From Candidatus Undivivens industriae (GTDB lineage: Bacteria; Omnitrophota; Gorgyraeia; Gygaellales; Profunditerraquicolaceae): DNA of 64,000 nucleotides. The notes beneath the pieces are model-generated. The model worked only from the letters and a program-made list of their open reading frames with translations. It made no database searches and had not been told where the DNA came from. The stretch lies in assembly GCA_012514745.1 (NCBI GenBank), contig JAAYZR010000006.1:37889-101888 (forward strand), read 5' to 3'. The translations under genes and the position numbers were made by a program. Positions 29,355 to 39,379 of the stretch are shown here, one piece after another. Numbering within the stretch: position 1 is the first letter of the stretch; each line of letters starts with the position of its first letter.

Positions 29355-30401
29355 TTATAATTGCCTGAACTCCTCCGGATTCTTGACCTTAGACAACGCG
29401 GTCTCCAGGCTTATCAGGCCCTTTTGGAAAAGTTCCTTCAGCGACTTATCCATGGTATGCATTCCATGCTGGCTGCCGGTCTGCAGCAGCGTGGGGATCT
29501 GTTCTATTTCCTGTTCGCGCACCAGATTCCTGATGGCCGGGGTTCCGGTAAGAACCTCGGTAGCCACCACTCTGCCTTCGCCGGAAGCCACAGGCAGCAG
29601 AAGCTGCGAGATTACTCCCTGTATACAATCCGACAACTGGAGCCTGACCTGCTGCTGCTGATACGGAGGAAAAACATCTATGATCCTTTGTATGGTCTGG
29701 GGGGCGTCTGGCGTGTGCAAAGTCGCCAGCACAAGATGCCCGGTCTCAGCCGCGGTTAAAGTCGTGGATATCGTCTCCAGGTCGCGCATTTCCCCTACCA
29801 CGATGACGTTGGGATCCTGGCGCAAAGCGTGCTTCAAGGCGTTGGCGAAGGAGTGCGTATCGCTGTAGACCTCGCGCTGTTTGATCACGCTCTTTTTGTT
29901 TTTATGGACGAATTCTATGGGATCTTCTATGCAGACTATATGCGCTTCGCGCTCGTTATTGATCAGGTCGATCATCGCTGCCAGCGTGGTGGTCTTGCCC
30001 ATACCGGTCGGGCCGGTGACCAGCACCAGTCCGTTCGGCCGCCGCGCGAGCTCCATCACAATAGAAGGCAAATTAAGGTCTTCGAAGGTAGGGATCTTCA
30101 GAGGGACGCGGCGGAAAGCCGCTTCCACCGAGTTCTTCTGCATATGGATGTTGACCCTGAAACGGTCCATACCCGGCAGAGAAAGCGAAAAATCCAATTC
30201 CAGTTCTTTCTCGAACATCTCTTTCTGAGAACCGTTCAAGACGGAATAGATCATCTGCTTGGTTTCATGTTTGGTCAGGGAAGAAAGTCCGGTGCGGTAC
30301 AGTTTGCCGTCTATACGCAATATGGGAGGTTCATTCTCGGTAATATGCAGGTCTGAAGCGCGTTTCTCGATACACAACAGAAGGAGCTCATTGATTTCCA
30401 T
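29355..30401 (-). CDS. pilT: Type IV pilus retraction ATPase PilT
   Basis: ASDLHI, GPTGMGKTT, EDPIE, VVGEMRD, TGHLVLATLH, AIRNLVRE. Confidence 0.95.
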   Translation of the reverse strand: MEINELLLLCIEKRASDLHITENEPPILRIDGKLYRTGLSSLTKHETKQMIYSVLNGSQKEMFEKELELDFSLSLPGMDRFRVNIHMQKNSVEAAFRRVPLKIPTFEDLNLPSIVMELARRPNGLVLVTGPTGMGKTTTLAAMIDLINNEREAHIVCIEDPIEFVHKNKKSVIKQREVYSDTHSFANALKHALRQDPNVIVVGEMRDLETISTTLTAAETGHLVLATLHTPDAPQTIQRIIDVFPPYQQQQVRLQLSDCIQGVISQLLLPVASGEGRVVATEVLTGTPAIRNLVREQEIEQIPTLLQTGSQHGMHTMDKSLKELFQKGLISLETALSKVKNPEEFRQL

Positions 30402-30415
30402 CAATTACCTCCGTT

Positions 30416-31672
30416 TCACAAATATTTCCTGGGATCCGCTATCCTGCCCTCCAGGGCGGAAGCAGCCGCCAACGCCGGCGACCCCAGGTAAATGAACGCG
30501 TTAGGATTCCCCATCCTTCCCTTGAAATTACGGTTCGCCGTCGAAATGACTTTTTCGCCGTCGGCCGGTATCCCGTTATGCGTGCCCACGCACGGCCCGC
30601 ATCCCGCAACCACCACCGCGGCCCCGGCGGAGACGAGATCCCCGATGATACCTTCCTTGAGCGCCCGCAGGTATATATCGCGCGAAGCGGGAGCCACAAT
30701 CAACCTGACTCCGGGAGCCGCGCTGCGTTTTTTCAGCACCGCCGCGGCCGCGCGCAGATCGCTTAACCGGCCGTTGGTACAGGTCCCTATGAATGCCTCC
30801 TGTATCTTGACCCCCTTGACCTTTCCCACGGGAACGGCGCTGTCGACGCTATGCGGCAGAGAGACCTGCGGCTCCAGCCTGGAGACGTCGTATTCCAGCA
30901 CCCGCGCGTAACGCGCTCCCTTGTCCGGCGCCAGGCGCCGGATCCTCGAAGCCGGAATTCCCCTGGCCTTAAGCCAGGCTACGGTCACCGCGTCTACCGG
31001 CATCAACCCGGCCTTAGCGCCCATCTCGACCGCCATGTTGGAAATGGTCATCCTGCCGTCCATATCCATGGAATCTATCGCGCTGCCGCAAAACTCCAAC
31101 GCGTTATATGTGGCGCCGTCGGCCTTTATCCTGCCTATTATGTAAAGTACCGCGTCCTTGGCGTAAACGCCCCTGGGCAGTTTTCCGTTCAGGACGACCT
31201 TCAGCGTCTCCGGGACCTTGAACCAGTTCTTCCCGGCCGCAAGCGTCACAGCCAGGTCGGTAGAACCGACGCCGGTCGAAAAGACGCCGAGCGCCCCGTA
31301 TGTGCAGGTGTGCGAGTCGGCCCCCAGTACCAGGTCTCCCGGTAGTATCCACCCGGATTCAGGGATCACCTGGTGACAGACACCGCATCCTATGTCGAAA
31401 ACCGGCTGTTTGAATTCCGTCCCGAAAACGCGCATCTTTTTGTGCACGCGCGAAACGCCCTCCGAGGGAGAGGGAGCGCTGTGGTCTATCACCATGCAGA
31501 ATTTAGTCTTCAGCTTCTTTATGCCCATTTCGCGCACGCGGTCGATTATTATAGACGACGTCCCGTCCTGCCCGAAAGTGAAATCTACCTTGCAGATCGC
31601 GAAGTCTCCGGCTCGCAGATCCCTGCCCGCGTGTTCGCTCAAGATCTTTTCTGCCAGCGTCTTGGGGCTCAT
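30416..31672 (-). CDS. leuC: Isopropylmalate isomerase/homoaconitase/aconitase large subunit (LeuC/HacA type)
   Basis: IDH, GVCHQ, GADSHTCT, IGTCTNGR, GCGPCVG, TANRNFKGRMG; ATGA overlap with aspC. Confidence 0.92.
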   Translation of the reverse strand: MSPKTLAEKILSEHAGRDLRAGDFAICKVDFTFGQDGTSSIIIDRVREMGIKKLKTKFCMVIDHSAPSPSEGVSRVHKKMRVFGTEFKQPVFDIGCGVCHQVIPESGWILPGDLVLGADSHTCTYGALGVFSTGVGSTDLAVTLAAGKNWFKVPETLKVVLNGKLPRGVYAKDAVLYIIGRIKADGATYNALEFCGSAIDSMDMDGRMTISNMAVEMGAKAGLMPVDAVTVAWLKARGIPASRIRRLAPDKGARYARVLEYDVSRLEPQVSLPHSVDSAVPVGKVKGVKIQEAFIGTCTNGRLSDLRAAAAVLKKRSAAPGVRLIVAPASRDIYLRALKEGIIGDLVSAGAAVVVAGCGPCVGTHNGIPADGEKVISTANRNFKGRMGNPNAFIYLGSPALAAASALEGRIADPRKYL

Positions 31673-32844
31673 AGCGTCTTCACCCATTCTTCTATCCTGT
31701 CCATCCCTTTTTTTATCTGTTCCATCCCGGTAGCGAAACTGAAACGTATGTAATCCACCCTGCCGAATCCTTCTCCGGGTATGACCGCCACGAATTTATC
31801 TTCCAGCAGTTTAGCGGAAAAAACTCCGGAATCCATACCGGTCCCGGAGATATCGCAGAACACGTAGAAAGCGCCCTGCGGCACGACCGGCTTCAGGCCG
31901 GGCATTGAATTCAGTCTGGTCAACATATAATCCCTTCTGCCGGCGTATTCCGCGCGCATATTCTCGGCGAATTTCTCGGGGGCCTTGAGGGCCGCCAGCG
32001 CCGCCTTCTGGCTTATGGAAGAAGGGTTAGAGGTTGTGTGATCCTGTATGCGGCCGATGGCTTCCGCTACGTCGGCCGGAGCGCCCAGGTAACCGATACG
32101 CCAGCCGGTCATGGCGTAGGTCTTGGAAACGCCGTTGATGGTCACCGCCAGATCCTTCATTTCCGGATGCAGGCCGACTATGGAGATATACTTCAGGCCG
32201 TCATAAATGAGTTTCTCGTATATCTCGTCGCTTATCACGAAGATCTTGTTGGCGACGCAGAGTTCCGCTATCGCCAAAAGCTCCTTGCGGTTATATACGG
32301 AACCTGCCGGATTGGAAGGACTGTTCAAAATCAGGACTTTTGTTTTTGGGGAAACGTAGGCGTTCAGTTCTTCGGCGGTGACCCGAAAACCGTTCTCCGG
32401 CGCGGTCTTCACGAAACGGGGCAGCCCGCCGCAAAGATACACCATCTCCGGGTAACTGACCCAGTAAGGCGAAGGAATCAGGACTTCGTCGCCGGGGTCT
32501 ACCAGCGCCATCAGGACGTTGAAGAGAGAATGTTTAGCGCCGCAGGAAACCACCACCTGTTCCGGCTTGTAATCAAGTCCGTTGTCCCTTTTGAATTTCT
32601 CGCTGATCAGTTTCTTGAGTTCGGGTATGCCTGTGCTCGGGGTGTATTTCGTGAAACCGGAATTTATCGCCTCTATCGCGGCGACCTTTATAAAATCGGG
32701 CGTGTCGGCATCGGGCTCTCCGGCGGCAAAGCTGACCACGTCCTTACCCTCGGCCCTCAACTTCCTGGCTTTGGAAGTTATCGCCAACGTGGAAGACGGC
32801 CTTATTTTCTTCAAGCGCTCGGCTATCCTGGTGTCTATGCGCAT
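31669..32844 (-). CDS. aspC: PLP-dependent class I aminotransferase (aspartate aminotransferase)
   Basis: GEPD, NSPSNP, SDEIYE, SKTYAMTGWRIG. Confidence 0.93.
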   Translation of the reverse strand: MRIDTRIAERLKKIRPSSTLAITSKARKLRAEGKDVVSFAAGEPDADTPDFIKVAAIEAINSGFTKYTPSTGIPELKKLISEKFKRDNGLDYKPEQVVVSCGAKHSLFNVLMALVDPGDEVLIPSPYWVSYPEMVYLCGGLPRFVKTAPENGFRVTAEELNAYVSPKTKVLILNSPSNPAGSVYNRKELLAIAELCVANKIFVISDEIYEKLIYDGLKYISIVGLHPEMKDLAVTINGVSKTYAMTGWRIGYLGAPADVAEAIGRIQDHTTSNPSSISQKAALAALKAPEKFAENMRAEYAGRRDYMLTRLNSMPGLKPVVPQGAFYVFCDISGTGMDSGVFSAKLLEDKFVAVIPGEGFGRVDYIRFSFATGMEQIKKGMDRIEEWVKTL

Positions 32845-32922
32845 AGTATGAGCCTTACTTGGCGCCGGAGCGACATACGCGCCGGCTGAAGAACAGCCTG
32901 GCTGCCTCCGGCTTACGCCGGC

Positions 32923-33489
32923 TTACGGAGTGGGCTTATCTTTCTTGTTGAATATCCCTTTTATGCCGCCCAGGATCTTCTTTCCGCCCGGTTTAACTTC
33001 TTCCGCTGTGGGATGCTGCCTGGTTCTCTTGGGAGGCTGGGCTTTCGGCTCCTCTTTTATTTTTTCCGCCTCGATGACCGGCGTTTCCTTTTTCGAAGCA
33101 GGACGTTTCACGACCGGCAGCTCTTTTCCTTTGGGAAGCCGCGTAAATTCCAGAAGAACGATCTTCGCATTGTCTCCCCGTCTGTTACCGAGACGCAAAA
33201 TACGGCAATATCCGCCCTGGACATCCTTGAAAAGCGGGCCTATTTCCCCGAAAAGCCGGGAAACCAGTTCATGGGAACAAAGGACACGATAAGCTCGGCG
33301 TTTGGCCGCCAGGGTATTCTCCTTGGCGAGAGTGATCATCTTCTCCGCCTCCGGCCTGACCGCGGCGGCGATGGCTTTAGTAGTTTTTATTCTGCCGCAG
33401 TTTATCAGGTTGCGTATGGTGCCGGCAACGGTGGCTTTTCTCCAACTGGTGAATCTATTCAAACGGCCTTTTTTTAGCTTATGTCTCAT
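32923..33489 (-). CDS. rplQ: 50S ribosomal protein L17 with long C-terminal extension
   Basis: MRHK...IKTT...GGYCRILRLGNRRGDNA; follows rpoA. Confidence 0.95.
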   Translation of the reverse strand: MRHKLKKGRLNRFTSWRKATVAGTIRNLINCGRIKTTKAIAAAVRPEAEKMITLAKENTLAAKRRAYRVLCSHELVSRLFGEIGPLFKDVQGGYCRILRLGNRRGDNAKIVLLEFTRLPKGKELPVVKRPASKKETPVIEAEKIKEEPKAQPPKRTRQHPTAEEVKPGGKKILGGIKGIFNKKDKPTP

Positions 33490-33549
33490 TTCTTTCCCCT
33501 CTAATTAAGGCGGCTACCGGGAAAACTGCCGCGGGAGTATGTTGTTCAA

Positions 33550-34545
33550 TTACGCCGATTTCTTGAGTTTCTTGGGATCCACCGCCATGCCGAGCGTCAA
33601 ACCCATCCCGGCGAGCAGTTCCTTTATTTCGGTCAGCGATTTCTTGCCGAAATTCTTGAAACCAAGCATATCGTCCTCCGACCTTTTCACGAGATCGGCT
33701 ATTATCTTTATGTTGGCTTCTCTAAGGCAGTTTGAACTGCGCACCGACAATTCGAGTTCGGATATCGGCAGACGCAGTTTCTCGTATAGAGAAACCTCTT
33801 CCTTGGTCATCTCCGGTTCTTCTTCCTCGAGGTCCTCGGGAAGCTGGCCGAAGCTGACGAAGATATCCAGGTGCCTCTGCAGTATGTTCGAGGCGTAAAG
33901 CAGCGCGTCCTTGGGAGAGATAGAACCGTTGGTGGTTATTTCCAGCACCAGCTTGTCGTAATCGGTCTTCTGCCCCACGCGCGTGTTCTCAACGTAGAAA
34001 TTGACGTTCTTGACCGGGGTAAAGATAGAATCCACCGGTATGACGCCGATCGCCTGCTCCTCTTTTTTATTGGTCTCAGCGGGCACGTAACCGCGGCCGC
34101 GGCCCACCTCCAGTTCGGCCTCGAACTTGATATCCTTGGTCAGGGTAGCGATATGCAGGCCGGGATTGACCACGTCTATGGTCTCGTCCGTCTCGATATC
34201 CGCGGCGGTCACGGGGCCCTTGGAATCCTTCCTGATATAAATGGTCTTTGGAATATTGGAATGCGCGCTCAACACCACGCTCTTGAGGTTGAGAATGATC
34301 TCCGTGACGTCCTCCAGCACCCCGGTGATAGCTGAAAACTCATGATTGACGCCGCTGAATTTCACCGAAGTTATCGCGCTTCCCTCGATCGAGGAAAGAA
34401 GCACCCTGCGCAATGAATTGCCGAGCGTCACACCGTATCCTCTTTCGAAAGGCGCGGCGGTAAACTTGCCGTAAGTGCCGGTATAAGTTGTCTCGTCACA
34501 CTCTAAACGTTTCGGTAGTTGAAAATCCTTCCATTTTATGCCCAT
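33550..34545 (-). CDS. rpoA: RNA polymerase alpha subunit
   Basis: PFERGYGVTLGNSLRRVLLSS, LELSVRSSNCL, NFGKKSL. Confidence 0.98.
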   Translation of the reverse strand: MGIKWKDFQLPKRLECDETTYTGTYGKFTAAPFERGYGVTLGNSLRRVLLSSIEGSAITSVKFSGVNHEFSAITGVLEDVTEIILNLKSVVLSAHSNIPKTIYIRKDSKGPVTAADIETDETIDVVNPGLHIATLTKDIKFEAELEVGRGRGYVPAETNKKEEQAIGVIPVDSIFTPVKNVNFYVENTRVGQKTDYDKLVLEITTNGSISPKDALLYASNILQRHLDIFVSFGQLPEDLEEEEPEMTKEEVSLYEKLRLPISELELSVRSSNCLREANIKIIADLVKRSEDDMLGFKNFGKKSLTEIKELLAGMGLTLGMAVDPKKLKKSA

Positions 34546-34566
34546 TTAGCTCGCTCCTTTGCGACT

Positions 34567-34708
34567 ATGAAGCTCCTCAGGCTAAAGCCCGAAGTCTCTT
34601 TCTCGAATAACCCGGTATCGCAAGATACCGGAAAATCTCTACTGCCGACGCATAACGGCTTCAACCCCGGGATCCCTGCGGCGCAATTAAGTATTGTGTC
34701 CCCGGAAT
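34567..34708. mobile_element. Composite non-autonomous insertion scar (IS200/IS605-end-like hairpin, perfect hairpin, inverted 22-bp repeat copy 3)
   Basis: atgaagctcctcaggctaaagcccgaag at 34567; ccggtatc-gcaa-gataccgg at 34612-34631; aattaagtattgtgtccccggaat at 34685-34708. Confidence 0.5.
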
Positions 34709-34717
34709 CAAAAAGCT

Positions 34718-35344
34718 TTATTTGGAATATAATTCTACGATCAGTTGTTCCTTTATCGTAGCCTGAATGTCCTCTTTTTCGGGCAGGCGCGCCACGCGTG
34801 CCGTCATCTCCTGCGGGTTGAACTCCAGCCAGGTGGGAACGCTTCTGTCTTTCGCGGCCTCCAGGTTTTCCTTAAGCTTGTTGAGCGCCTTTTCAGACCC
34901 CTTGATCTTTATCATCTCATCTTTGCTGACCTGGTAGGAAGGGATGTTCACCCTGGTCTCGCCCACCCAGACGAAATTATGCCGCACGACCTGCCTGGCC
35001 TGGGCCCTCGAAACGGCAAGCCCCAGCCTGAAAATGACGTTGTCCAGCCTGCGCTCGAGCTGCTGCAGAAGGACTTTACCGGTGACGCCTTTGGTCTTGG
35101 CGGCCTGCTCGAAGTACCTCTTGAACTGGCCTTCCATCATCCCGTACATCCGCTTAACCTTCTGTTTCTCGCGCAGCTGGACGCCGTAATTGGAAAGCTT
35201 AATCCTTCCCTGCCCGTGGTCGCCGGGCGCGTAAGCCCTTTTGGTAAGCGTGCATTTGGGAGAATTACATCTCGCCCCTTTGAGGAAAAGTTTCTCCCCT
35301 TCTCTTCTGCATAACCTGCATACTGCTCCAGTATATCTTGCCAT
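34718..35344 (-). CDS. rpsD: 30S ribosomal protein S4
   Basis: MARYTG..CRLCRREG, LERRLDNV, LIVELYSK. Confidence 0.98.
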   Translation of the reverse strand: MARYTGAVCRLCRREGEKLFLKGARCNSPKCTLTKRAYAPGDHGQGRIKLSNYGVQLREKQKVKRMYGMMEGQFKRYFEQAAKTKGVTGKVLLQQLERRLDNVIFRLGLAVSRAQARQVVRHNFVWVGETRVNIPSYQVSKDEMIKIKGSEKALNKLKENLEAAKDRSVPTWLEFNPQEMTARVARLPEKEDIQATIKEQLIVELYSK

Positions 35345-35394
35345 CTGAAATATCTCCTCGCGAATCTGCCCGTTTCCGGGCGTTTATGCGCCCC

Positions 35395-35784
35395 TTATAC
35401 CCTGCGCTGTTTTTTCGGACGGCAGCCGTTGTGCGGCATAGGAGTAACGTCCTTTATGGACGTAACCGTCAAACCACCTGCCTGGAGCGCCCTTATGGCC
35501 GATTCCCGGCCGAAACCCGGGCCTTTCACCAGCACTTCCACTTCTTTCATCCCGATCTCTTTAGCTTTTCTCGCCGCGTCCGACGCCGCGACCTGCGCGG
35601 CAAAAGGGGTAGCTTTCTTGGAACCGGAATATCCTACCACGCCGGGGGTCGACCAGACCAGGGCATTGCCCTGTTTATCGGTTATAGTCACCACCGTGTT
35701 GTTAAAGCTGGCCTGAATGTGGGCGATACCGGCAATAATACCTCTGGCGGATTTCTTTTTCTTCGCCTTATCCCTCGTAGACAT
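35395..35784 (-). CDS. rpsK: 30S ribosomal protein S11
   Basis: [27 protein letters not shown]. Confidence 0.98.
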   Translation of the reverse strand: MSTRDKAKKKKSARGIIAGIAHIQASFNNTVVTITDKQGNALVWSTPGVVGYSGSKKATPFAAQVAASDAARKAKEIGMKEVEVLVKGPGFGRESAIRALQAGGLTVTSIKDVTPMPHNGCRPKKQRRV

Positions 35785-35809
35785 AATACCGCATCCTCCT
35801 CGTTCGTTA

Positions 35810-36211
35810 TTACTTACCGCCGGACTTGCCGGTTGCCGTTTTCTTTATGATCATGCCGCTTCCTTTACGAGGGCCTTTTCTCGTCCTGGCGTTGGTCTTG
35901 GTGCGCTGTCCGCGCACCGGCAGTCCCTTCTTGTGGCGCATGCCTCTCCAACTGCCGATATCCATAAGCCTTTTTACGTTCTGGGAGATATCGCGCCGCA
36001 GGTCGCCTTCGATCTTGTAAGAACTTTTCTGCAGGGCGTTGGTGATGCGCGATATTTCTTCTTCATTAAGCTCCTTAGCTCTCTTCTCCGGGCTGATCCC
36101 CACTTCTTCGAGTATCTTTTTAGCCAGAAAAGGGCCGATACCGTATAAATAGGTCAACGACACGTCTATTCTTTTCTCTTTTGGAATATCTACGCCTATT
36201 ATCCTTGGCAC
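35810..36211 (-). CDS. rpsM: 30S ribosomal protein S13
   Basis: [26 protein letters not shown]. Confidence 0.98.
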   Translation of the reverse strand: MPRIIGVDIPKEKRIDVSLTYLYGIGPFLAKKILEEVGISPEKRAKELNEEEISRITNALQKSSYKIEGDLRRDISQNVKRLMDIGSWRGMRHKKGLPVRGQRTKTNARTRKGPRKGSGMIIKKTATGKSGGK

Positions 36212-36256
36212 TTCCGTTCTCCTTTCACAAAAGCCGCGAGGGGGCAGAACACCACA

Positions 36257-36370
36257 CTATCCCTGGCGCTGTTTATGCTTGGGATTGGAACACAATACCC
36301 TGACCACACCCCGCCTTTTTATGATCTTGCATTTATCGCAAATCTTTTTCACGGATGACTTGACTTTCAC
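36257..36370 (-). CDS. rpmJ: 50S ribosomal protein L36 (not in ORF track)
   Basis: Manual translation [40 protein letters not shown] start, TAG stop. Confidence 0.97.
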   Translation of the reverse strand: MKVKSSVKKICDKCKIIKRRGVVRVLCSNPKHKQRQG

Positions 36371-36395
36371 TTTTAACCCCCTCTTCAGACGCCTG

Positions 36396-36614
36396 CTATT
36401 TGGACCTGAAAGTTATACGTCCCCGGCTGAGGTCATAAGGAGAAAGCTCCAGCTTGACCTTGTCCCCGGGGAGGATGCGGATAAAATGCATGCGCATTTT
36501 CCCCGAGACGTGGGCGAGCACCATATGCCCATTGTCCAGTTGTACCCTGAACATGGCGTTAGGCAAGGCCTCCTGCACGATCCCTTCAGTCTCTACAAGA
36601 TCTTCTTTAGGCAT
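36396..36614 (-). CDS. infA: Translation initiation factor IF-1
   Basis: [27 protein letters not shown]. Confidence 0.98.
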   Translation of the reverse strand: MPKEDLVETEGIVQEALPNAMFRVQLDNGHMVLAHVSGKMRMHFIRILPGDKVKLELSPYDLSRGRITFRSK

Positions 36615-37371
36615 ATCCCAATCCCTCTCTGCCGGTAAGGATCTCCGGGCCCTGGTCCGTTACCGCCACCGTATGCTCAAAATGGGCCGACGGCAACCTG
36701 TCCCCGGTTACGGCGGTCCAGCCGTTATCGAGGATTTCCGACCGCCATGTCCCCATATTCACCATCGGTTCAATGGCAAGGACCATTCCTTCTTTAAGCA
36801 ACGGCCCCCTGCCGGGCATGCCGTAATTCGGCACTTCCGGTTCCTCATGCAGCTGTCGTCCGATGCCGTGCCCCACGAATTCCCTCACCACAGAGAAGCC
36901 GTTTTTCTCCACGAACTTCTGTATGGCGTGCGAGACGTCTCCCAGGCGGCAGCCGACCATAGCCGCCTTTATCCCTTCGTAGAGGGCTTGTCTGGTTACG
37001 CCGACCAGTCTGGCCATATCCGGAAGCGGAGTGCCGGCGATCACGGTGACGGCGGCGTCCGAAAAGTAACCGCAGTAATTGACGCCCAGGTCTATGCTGA
37101 CGTTATCCCCGTCTTTTATCATCCTGCTGCCGGGGATCCCGTGCACTATCTCTTCATTTACCGATACGCAGGCGACCGCGGGGAAGCCGCGGTATCCTTT
37201 GAAGGCAGGCACTACCTTCCTGCGCGATATCAAATCCTCCGCCACCCTGTCTATCTCGGCGGTGGTAATCCCAGGCACTACCGACTTCTCCAGCTCAAAA
37301 ATAACCTCCGCGAGTATCCTTCCGGATTCCCGCAGCATTGCGAGGTCACTTCTTGACTTTAACGGGATCAT
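36607..37371 (-). CDS. map: Methionine aminopeptidase type I
   Basis: [30 protein letters not shown]. Confidence 0.97.
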   Translation of the reverse strand: MIPLKSRSDLAMLRESGRILAEVIFELEKSVVPGITTAEIDRVAEDLISRRKVVPAFKGYRGFPAVACVSVNEEIVHGIPGSRMIKDGDNVSIDLGVNYCGYFSDAAVTVIAGTPLPDMARLVGVTRQALYEGIKAAMVGCRLGDVSHAIQKFVEKNGFSVVREFVGHGIGRQLHEEPEVPNYGMPGRGPLLKEGMVLAIEPMVNMGTWRSEILDNGWTAVTGDRLPSAHFEHTVAVTDQGPEILTGREGLGYA

Positions 37372-38017
37372 CTTCTTTCCGCACCAGGTCTATGATTTTA
37401 TCAAGAACGGTCATCGCCTCGCCGTCGGCGGCCAGGCGTTTCAGTATGCCTTTGGCGGAGTAATAATCTATGACCGGAGCCGATTCACTGTTGTAAACCT
37501 CCAGCCTGCGCCTGATGGTCTCTTCCTTGTCGTCGGCCCGCTGGTAAAGAGCGGCGGAACAGGCGTCGCAGACCATTTCTTTTTTCGGCGGCATGTTCGT
37601 GGAGTGATAATTGGCCCCGCATTGGCTGCATACCAGCCTGCCGGAAAGCCTTTGCACGATCACCTCTTCGCTGGTGTCGAGGTAAACAGCCATATCTATA
37701 TCCAGTCCGGGAGCGGAAAGTATTCCGTCCAGCGTCTTGGCCTGAGCGGTGTTGCGGGGGTAGCCGTCAAGAATAAAACCGCTTCTAACGTCTTTCTGCT
37801 CGAAGCGCCCGGTGAGCATCCTGGTCACCAGTTCATCCGGAACCAACAGACCCTTGTCCATATAGGATTTCGCTTCGCGCCCGAGTCCCGTTCCCTCCGT
37901 TACGTTCTTGCGCAGCAGGTCCCCGGTGGAGATATGCGGCACGCCAAGACGTTCCGCGAGCCTTTTAGACTGTGTTCCTTTGCCCGCACCCGGAGGACCC
38001 AAGAGGACGATATTCAT
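37346..38017 (-). CDS. adk: Adenylate kinase (Zn-binding LID)
   Basis: GPPGAGKGTQ, HISTGD, LDGYPR, CSQC...CDAC. Confidence 0.98.
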   Translation of the reverse strand: MNIVLLGPPGAGKGTQSKRLAERLGVPHISTGDLLRKNVTEGTGLGREAKSYMDKGLLVPDELVTRMLTGRFEQKDVRSGFILDGYPRNTAQAKTLDGILSAPGLDIDMAVYLDTSEEVIVQRLSGRLVCSQCGANYHSTNMPPKKEMVCDACSAALYQRADDKEETIRRRLEVYNSESAPVIDYYSAKGILKRLAADGEAMTVLDKIIDLVRKEDDPVKVKK

Positions 38018-39379
38018 TTATCTTCTTCCTTTTATGCGGCCGCCTTTGATGAAACCGTCGTAATGATGCATTATCAAATGCGACTCGATCTGTTTGACCG
38101 TATCCAGCATTACCCCCACGATAATCAGGATACCGGTGCCGCCGAAAAATGAGGCCACAAGATAAGGAACCTTTAACCAGGCCATTATCAAATCGGGGAA
38201 AATGGCTATTACGGCAATGAAGGTCGCCCCGGCGAAAGTGATGCGCAGCAGCACGTATTCGAGAAATTGCACCGTGGCCGTGCCCGGACGTATGCCGGGG
38301 ATGAACCCCCCGTATTTTTTCATGTTCTCCGCCAAATCTGCGGAATTGAAAACGATCGTATTGTAGAAAAAGCAGAAAAACATTATCAGTAGAGCATAGA
38401 TAACCGTGTAAAGGACCTGCCCCCTCATAAGGCCGTTGGCCATCCTCTGAAAAGCCGGGTTCTGGATGAACGACGCCAGAGTGGCCGGAAAAAGTATTAT
38501 TGATTGCGCGAAGATAATGGCGATGACGCCGGACATATCGACCTTCAACGGTATGTACGTGCTCTGCCCGCCGTATATCTTCCTGCCGACGACCCTTCTG
38601 GCGTATTGAACCGGTATGCGGCGCTGTCCCTGCGTGACGAGTATGACCGCGAATACTACGATGACCAGAAGCGCCGCCATAATCAGCAGCGTAAAAGGCT
38701 GTATCTGACGGCGCGACGGCGAAAAAGGCGACAGGAGAACGAAAAGCTGCTGCATCGCGGTAGGAATACGCGAGATTATGCCGGCGGTGATGACCAGGGA
38801 TATCCCGTTTCCTATGCCGCGCTCCTGTATCTGCTCCCCCAACCACATAATAAAGATGGTGCCGGTAGTGAGGGTGAGAATAGTCAATATCCTGAATCCC
38901 CAACCCGGATGCATCACGATCCTGGCGAGTTCCTGCGGGGCGTCGGCCGAACCGCCTATATTCTCCAGCCAAAGAGAGATGAAATAAGACTGTATAATCG
39001 CAAGCAGGACCGTGCCGTAGCGTGTCAGCTGGTTAATCTTTTCGTATCCCGCCTTGCCTTCCTTGGCGAGTTTTTCCAAAGCCGGGATTACCGCCGTCAA
39101 AAGCTGTAATATGATGGAAGAGGATATATAGGGCATGATCCCGAGCGCGAAGATGGTGAGTTTCTCCATAGCGCCGCCGGAAAACATATTTATTATGCCA
39201 AAGAGCGTCCCGCCCTGGGTCTTAGCCATCGAATTAAAGAAAGCGGAGAGCGCGGCGGCGTCTATCCCGGGCGTGGGGACGTAACATCCGATGCGGTAAA
39301 CGGCCAGCAACATACAAGTAACGATCAAACGTCTTTTAAGGTCGGGTATCTTGAACGCGTTGCCCAGCGCCTTAAACAT
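38018..39379 (-). CDS. secY: Preprotein translocase SecY
   Basis: IFALGIMPYISSSII, GIGNGISL, FIPGIRPG. Confidence 0.98.
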   Translation of the reverse strand: MFKALGNAFKIPDLKRRLIVTCMLLAVYRIGCYVPTPGIDAAALSAFFNSMAKTQGGTLFGIINMFSGGAMEKLTIFALGIMPYISSSIILQLLTAVIPALEKLAKEGKAGYEKINQLTRYGTVLLAIIQSYFISLWLENIGGSADAPQELARIVMHPGWGFRILTILTLTTGTIFIMWLGEQIQERGIGNGISLVITAGIISRIPTAMQQLFVLLSPFSPSRRQIQPFTLLIMAALLVIVVFAVILVTQGQRRIPVQYARRVVGRKIYGGQSTYIPLKVDMSGVIAIIFAQSIILFPATLASFIQNPAFQRMANGLMRGQVLYTVIYALLIMFFCFFYNTIVFNSADLAENMKKYGGFIPGIRPGTATVQFLEYVLLRITFAGATFIAVIAIFPDLIMAWLKVPYLVASFFGGTGILIIVGVMLDTVKQIESHLIMHHYDGFIKGGRIKGRR

